Assembly (NCBI GenBank): GCA_963662665.2
Contig: CAXXJS010000060.1
Location: forward strand, 1-22,544
Direction: 5' to 3'
Source of the DNA: Candidatus Latescibacterota bacterium
GTDB lineage: Bacteria; Latescibacterota; UBA2968; GCA-2709665
Length of the DNA: 22,544 nucleotides
The position numbers were made by a program, and so were the translations under genes. Under the pieces are notes generated by a model. It did not search any database, had not been told where the DNA came from, and saw nothing but the letters and a program-made list of their open reading frames with translations. Position 1 is the stretch's first letter; each line of letters starts with the position of its first letter. Below, piece by piece: positions 17,905-22,544 of the stretch.

Positions 17905-18936
17905 CTACCCCTGGTGAAGCGGCGCCGCCGTTTCCATCCGCTCCAGACCGTCTTTCTCCTTCGGCGACCCGAAACGGATCGTACGGGACCCCAGAAGGAG
18001 CAGGAGCAGACCGAACAGCATCCAGAAGATCTTCCGGATCCGCCGGACGATGCCCACGGCCAATCCCGTCCCCGGTTCCAGTCCCATCAGATGGAAGAGG
18101 AATACGTGCCCGCCCTCAAAGACCCCCATGCCGTAAGGCACGAAACCGAAGATCACGTTGATCACCATCATCAGCGAGTGGAACAGGTAGACAGAGACCA
18201 GCGGCAGCGGCTCGCCCAATACATGCAGGATCACGTAAATCTCCAGGGTACCCATGCCCCATGTCAATAGGTGCATCCCCAGCAGGCCCGCCAGACGCCA
18301 CCCGTTCATCCGGTAGAATGCGGCCAGATTCCGATCGACTTCCGCCGCACGATCGCGGAACCGCACCGCATACGTGATTCGCATCCGCAACAACAGGTTC
18401 ACCAGCCCGGTGAACGGATCCCGGCGCTGTCTTACCACTGTCAAGACGACGCCGGCGACGGCGATGGTCAGGGCGGTAAACAGCGCCCACCGGATCTCCT
18501 CCGGGAACACGAACCGGTTGAGACCCGCCAGAACGCCGCCCAAAACGAAGAGAACGCCGCTGACCATCTCCCCCGTCTTTGTAAACACGAGCGACGACAC
18601 CCCGGCGGTTACGCCCATTCTCTCCCGCAGCATCATCACCTTGGCGACCTCTTTGCCGATCTGCGCGGCCGGCATCACGTTGCCCAGGGCTTCGCCAACC
18701 AGTTTCACCCAGAGCAACGGTCTCATTCGAGGCCTTTCCGAGCCGCCGTCAAAACTCTCCCTCCAGGCGAAGACGTTATTCATATAAGCGGCCAGGGTTA
18801 TTCCGATGATCGGGACATATCCCCAGCCCATCATCACCACGTGCTGCCACACCTCCGGTTCACCGAGCTGATGAAGCAGCACGCCGAGGCAGGCGAGGCC
18901 CAGCAGCCAGAGCAGTATGTATGCTTCCTGTTTCAT
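17905..18936 (-). CDS. Lysylphosphatidylglycerol-synthase TM / flippase-like (UPF0104-type) membrane protein
   Basis: GAGGAG RBS before ATG 18936; many TM segments; GEALGNVMPAAQIGKE, FVPYGMGVFEGG, AVGIVRRIR motifs. Confidence 0.85.
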   Translation of the reverse strand: MKQEAYILLWLLGLACLGVLLHQLGEPEVWQHVVMMGWGYVPIIGITLAAYMNNVFAWRESFDGGSERPRMRPLLWVKLVGEALGNVMPAAQIGKEVAKVMMLRERMGVTAGVSSLVFTKTGEMVSGVLFVLGGVLAGLNRFVFPEEIRWALFTALTIAVAGVVLTVVRQRRDPFTGLVNLLLRMRITYAVRFRDRAAEVDRNLAAFYRMNGWRLAGLLGMHLLTWGMGTLEIYVILHVLGEPLPLVSVYLFHSLMMVINVIFGFVPYGMGVFEGGHVFLFHLMGLEPGTGLAVGIVRRIRKIFWMLFGLLLLLLGSRTIRFGSPKEKDGLERMETAAPLHQG

Positions 18937-18961
18937 TACGTTCTCCTCAAGTACCGATCCG

Positions 18962-19609
18962 TTAGATGACAACCCTTTTGGCCGCAGTGATTACGGGAAT
19001 CCCCCTTATTGCGCAGAGGGCGACGGTCACGTAGGTTGCCGTGAGAGCGACCGTCTCCACGCCCGATTCCAGCCCGGGCGCCAGGTTGGACGAGAGTTGC
19101 ACCGCGTTCAGGATGAACAACGCGACAAAAGCAACGACCTTCGCAATGCCATAGGTCGCCCTGCTCGCCCTGGAGGCAACCAGACTGTATCCGATTCGCG
19201 ACCGCATCATCGTTGCATTGCCGAACGCGGTTTCGCCATTGGCCAGCGCGCAGCTCCGAATTGCGTCCGTAACGAACCCCCTGCTCAGCACGACCAGGGG
19301 CACCCACAGGGGGACCAGATGCAGCCAGGCGAACACCACCCACCACACGTTCTCCGCAATCCTGTCCCCCACGATATCGAGCAGGCCGCCCACTTTGCTT
19401 TCGCATCCCAGTCGGCGCGCGGCGTACCCGTCCAGCCAATCCATCAGCAGCGCAGCGAACGCCATGGGCACCGCAATCCACGCCAGCACGGAGTCTCCGG
19501 TGACCGCAAAGGCCGCCGCCAGAAACAGGCAGACGACCCGGAAGGCGGTAATCAGGTTAGCGGTGTGTCGCTGAATGGCGGCTGCAAACGTCAATGTGTG
19601 TGTCGACAT
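18962..19609 (-). CDS. CDP-alcohol phosphatidyltransferase family protein
   Basis: ANLITAFR and the full signature DxxDGxxAR..GxxxDxxxD (DWLDGYAARRLGCESKVGGLLDIVGDR); AAGGAGGT RBS before ATG 19609. Confidence 0.93.
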   Translation of the reverse strand: MSTHTLTFAAAIQRHTANLITAFRVVCLFLAAAFAVTGDSVLAWIAVPMAFAALLMDWLDGYAARRLGCESKVGGLLDIVGDRIAENVWWVVFAWLHLVPLWVPLVVLSRGFVTDAIRSCALANGETAFGNATMMRSRIGYSLVASRASRATYGIAKVVAFVALFILNAVQLSSNLAPGLESGVETVALTATYVTVALCAIRGIPVITAAKRVVI

Positions 19610-19638
19610 AACGACCTCCTTTCTTGCAGCATACCATT

Positions 19639-19654
19639 CGCAAACCCCGTGCCA
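19639..19654 (-). promoter_or_regulatory. Sigma54 (-24/-12) promoter
   Basis: Minus strand TGGCAC-GGGGT-TTGCG, matching TGGCAC-N5-TTGC, 30 bp upstream of ATG 19609. Confidence 0.88.
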
Positions 19655-19714
19655 TAGCCGTTTTGGCATGAATTCCGGCCGTTATGATGGAAATCTGCCC
19701 TGAACGGCGCTCCA

Positions 19715-19761
19715 CAGGTGCCACCTTTTACTTGCACCTGCAAGCCCGGGATTGCAGGCGC
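19715..19761. promoter_or_regulatory. Putative upstream activator sequences (two overlapping palindromes)
   Basis: CAGGTGC-N12-GCACCTG (19715-19740) and GCACCTGCAA-N8-TTGCAGGCGC (19734-19761), 60-110 bp upstream of the -24 box. Confidence 0.6.
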
Positions 19762-19770
19762 CGGACACGG

Positions 19771-19809
19771 AAAAAAAAAAGCCCGAAGACATTAAATCTG
19801 TCTCCGGAC
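19771..19809 (-). terminator. Rho-independent terminator
   Basis: Minus strand GTCCGGAGACA-GATTTAA-TGTCTTCGGGC followed by T10, about 30 bp after the regulator stop codon. Confidence 0.9.
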
Positions 19810-19840
19810 GGGGTGCGATGACGGCGTCTTCCGTTTTCCC

Positions 19841-21238
19841 TTATCGGTATATCTCCGGATCGATACCAAGTTCTCTGACTTTTTGCTGCAGTGCCTGCCG
19901 TTTCATGCCAATGGCAGGGGCAGTGCGGCTCATATTGCCCTTGTGGAGTTCCAGGGCCGATCGAATGAAGGCAGCTTCAAAATCCTGAACGATCTCCTGT
20001 TTTGCATCCTGAAACGATACGCCGTCCCGCCAGGCCGGGGCTCCGGAGTCAATGGATTCCGTACCGCCCGCCCGGAGTTCCTCCGGAAGCAGGTCTCTAC
20101 TCAGGACCGCGTCCTCGGCGAAAATGACGGCACGCTCGACGGCGTGCATCAACTCGCGAATATTGCCCGGCCATGCATAGCCAGCCAGGAGTTTCGTCAC
20201 ATCGGCCGGCACTTCCGAAACGGCCTTTCCGTGCCTTCGATTGAATCGTTCCAGATAATACTGTACAAGCAGGGGGATATCCTCGCGGCGGTCGCGAAGC
20301 GGCGGCAGGAAGACATCCACCACCTTCAGTCGATAGTAGAGGTCTTCCCGGAACCGCCCTCGCGCAATCTCATCGGAAAGGTCCCGATTGGTAGCGCTGA
20401 TCATCCGGACGTCCACCGCCACCGTCTCCGTGCCGCCCAACCGCTCGAATCGCTGCTCCTGGAGCACGCGCAGCAGCTTCGCCTGTGTCTCCACGTGCAT
20501 GTCCCCGATTTCGTCCAGAAAGAGCGTTCCACCGTCCGCAAGCTCGAATTTTCCCTCCCGCCGGGACGCGGCGCCCGTAAACGCGCCCTTTTCGTGGCCG
20601 AACAGTTCGCTTTCGATCAATTCGGTGGGAAGCGCCGCGGCATTTACGGCGACAAACGGGCGTACCTTCCGTGCGCTCTGGTCGTGAATCGCCCGCGCCA
20701 CGAGTTCCTTTCCGGTCCCGCTCTCACCGTGAACCAGCACGGCGGCATCGGATCCGGCAACCTTGCCGATCATGTCGTAGACCGCCTCCATGGTCCGGCT
20801 GCGGCCAATCAACAACCCGAACCCGGCATGTCGGCGAATCTCCCCCCGCAACGTCTCGTTCTCCCTCCGGAGCCGCACGGTCTCGAGCGCGTTCTGGACC
20901 AGGCAGCGAAGTTCATCCACGTCGTAAGGTTTGCTCACGTAGTCGTACGCTCCCGCCTTCATCGCCTCCACGGCAATCCGCTCCGATCCATACGCGGTCA
21001 TCATAATAACCGGCGGCGCGTTTTCCTGTTCTCCCAGCCGCTTCACCAGCGTCAAGCCATCCATCTTCGGCATCTGGATATCGCAGACCAGTAGATCGGG
21101 ACCACTACGCGCAATTTCCTCCAGCGCAGCCGTTCCATCACCCGCTTCGACAACCTCGCAGGAGAGCACGGCCAGCGCCCGTTTCAGCCCGTGCCGCGCG
21201 GCCGGATCGTCGTCTACAACCAGTATCTTACGCCGCAT
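19841..21238 (-). CDS. NtrC-family sigma54-dependent response regulator (REC-AAA+-HTH)
   Basis: [48 protein letters not shown]; ATG 21238 overlaps the end of the kinase gene. Confidence 0.95.
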   Translation of the reverse strand: MRRKILVVDDDPAARHGLKRALAVLSCEVVEAGDGTAALEEIARSGPDLLVCDIQMPKMDGLTLVKRLGEQENAPPVIMMTAYGSERIAVEAMKAGAYDYVSKPYDVDELRCLVQNALETVRLRRENETLRGEIRRHAGFGLLIGRSRTMEAVYDMIGKVAGSDAAVLVHGESGTGKELVARAIHDQSARKVRPFVAVNAAALPTELIESELFGHEKGAFTGAASRREGKFELADGGTLFLDEIGDMHVETQAKLLRVLQEQRFERLGGTETVAVDVRMISATNRDLSDEIARGRFREDLYYRLKVVDVFLPPLRDRREDIPLLVQYYLERFNRRHGKAVSEVPADVTKLLAGYAWPGNIRELMHAVERAVIFAEDAVLSRDLLPEELRAGGTESIDSGAPAWRDGVSFQDAKQEIVQDFEAAFIRSALELHKGNMSRTAPAIGMKRQALQQKVRELGIDPEIYR

Positions 21239-22544
21239 TGTGCACTCCGGGAAGTTGAACTTCGAACACCGCGCCGGATCGATCCCCGTTCGCAACGGCG
21301 ATCGTTCCGCCAATTCGCTCCACGTCGCGCTTCACAATGGCAAGCCCAAGGCCCGTTCCCGATGCCTTTGTGGTAAAAAACGGCTCGAAAACGCGGGAAA
21401 GGGCTTCGTCCGAAATCCCCGGCCCGGTATCCGAAACACGCACCCCGACCCGCCCGTTAGTACGCTCCGCCCGCACCGTTAAGCGCCGCTCGGTCGTTTG
21501 CTCCATTTCGTCCATTGCCTGGATACCGTTCAGGATCAGGTTGAAAAACACCTCTTTCAAATCCTCAGGATCACTTGTAACCACAAGACCCTCGGCAACG
21601 TCGGCCCGGATTTCAACCTTCCTTCGTTCCGCCTCGTGCGACAGGATCAACACCGCGTCATCGAGCACGGCCTTCATGTCTACCGGCTGAAAGGCTTCGC
21701 TCTGTTTCGGTTGAGCAAACCTGAGGAGCCGGTCCACCACGCGGCCCAACCTGTCGATTTCGTTCAATACAACGGACAGATCGCCTGACTTGGCGTGGTC
21801 GTGCTCCAGGTCCTCCCGCAGCACAGTGGTAATCGCCTTGATCGAACTCAAGGGATTCTTCACCTCGTGCGCGATGCTCGCCGATAGCAGTCCCAGCGCG
21901 GAGAGCCGTTCCGCCTCGTACATACGCCGTTCAAGTTGCAGGCGGCGATCCACCAGGCGCGTATTTTCCACGGCCAGCGCAATCTGGTTGCAGAGCGTGC
22001 CGAGCAACTCCCATTCCTCCGAGGAAAAGGGCACACCCCGTTTCTTCTCTCCAAGGCACAGAAATCCTGCGAGCTTCTCTTCCTGCAACACCGGTATGCA
22101 CAATCCAACCCCCTGCCCGGCGAGGATCGCGGCGAGGGCCGGACGATGCAATTCGCCCACGTCCAATGCCCTCCGGTGTGACAACATCCAATCCGCAACC
22201 TGCTCGATCTGGTCCCGGTTGCTCTCACTTCGACTGAACGGCGGCGCGGGCGGATCGAACCCGGCGAGCCCGCTCCCGGAAATGACGCGAAGTTCGCCGA
22301 TACGGCCCTCTTCGTAATCGAAAAGCACGAGCGAGACGAGGTGTACCTTGAGTACCGTTCCCACGGCGTCCACTACCGCCTTCAAACGGCTTTCGAGCGC
22401 GTCCGGCACGTTCAGCGTCTGGCTCAGAGTACCCAGAAGGTGCTGATACTCGTAGCGCGCTTTAAAGAACAGGCGATTGATTGCCCCCTGCAACCGATTC
22501 TTGACCGGTTGAAAGAGAAAGATCAACAGGGAAATCAACACCGC
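21228..22544 (-). CDS. Membrane GAF-domain sensor histidine kinase (5' truncated by the window edge)
   Basis: Last TM plus GAF (CIPVL..LAGFLCLGEK..FSSEEWELL..QIALAVEN), H-box AHEVKNPL, NLILNGIQA, DTGPGI, FEPFFTTK, GTGLGL. Confidence 0.93.
   Translation of the reverse strand, partial: AVLISLLIFLFQPVKNRLQGAINRLFFKARYEYQHLLGTLSQTLNVPDALESRLKAVVDAVGTVLKVHLVSLVLFDYEEGRIGELRVISGSGLAGFDPPAPPFSRSESNRDQIEQVADWMLSHRRALDVGELHRPALAAILAGQGVGLCIPVLQEEKLAGFLCLGEKKRGVPFSSEEWELLGTLCNQIALAVENTRLVDRRLQLERRMYEAERLSALGLLSASIAHEVKNPLSSIKAITTVLREDLEHDHAKSGDLSVVLNEIDRLGRVVDRLLRFAQPKQSEAFQPVDMKAVLDDAVLILSHEAERRKVEIRADVAEGLVVTSDPEDLKEVFFNLILNGIQAMDEMEQTTERRLTVRAERTNGRVGVRVSDTGPGISDEALSRVFEPFFTTKASGTGLGLAIVKRDVERIGGTIAVANGDRSGAVFEVQLPGVHNAA

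Noticed and set aside
19841-21313. Extended N-termini in the ORF track (21313; likewise 19669, 18972, 17901, 13689, 9137)
   Set aside because: Downstream starts have clear RBSs and domain boundaries; several upstream starts overlap neighbouring genes or promoters.
19841-22544. PrsK/PrsR (PEP-CTERM system) assignment
   Set aside because: Architecture is similar but generic; no exosortase or PEP-CTERM protein visible, so no gene symbol is given.

Overview
GC-rich bacterial window with almost all genes on the minus strand. From right to left: (i) a GAF histidine kinase (5' end outside the window) and a sigma54-dependent NtrC-type response regulator ending in a clear intrinsic terminator; (ii) a sigma54 -24/-12 promoter with upstream palindromes driving a three-gene cluster: CDP-alcohol phosphatidyltransferase, LPG-synthase-TM/flippase-like membrane protein, and a secreted protein with a duplicated domain; (iii) a 2.4 kb poorly coding region with a decayed Gp49/DUF891 RelE-like toxin and its operator, a small CxxC/CxxH protein, and two copies of a 67-bp AT-rich regulatory element; (iv) a four-PAS membrane histidine kinase split by an intact IS1380-family element (CTAG target duplication), followed by a REC-PAS-AAA+-HTH sigma54 activator; (v) a giant (about 1960 aa or more, runs off the window) Ig-repeat/Calx-beta surface protein with its own sigma54 promoter, near-identical 291-bp tandem repeats and a single frameshift in a C6 tract. 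The most interesting reading, which is inference, is a sigma54-controlled adhesin module disabled or rewired at two levels. No CRISPR array, rRNA, tRNA or reverse transcriptase was seen. All family calls are from motif recognition, not database searches.
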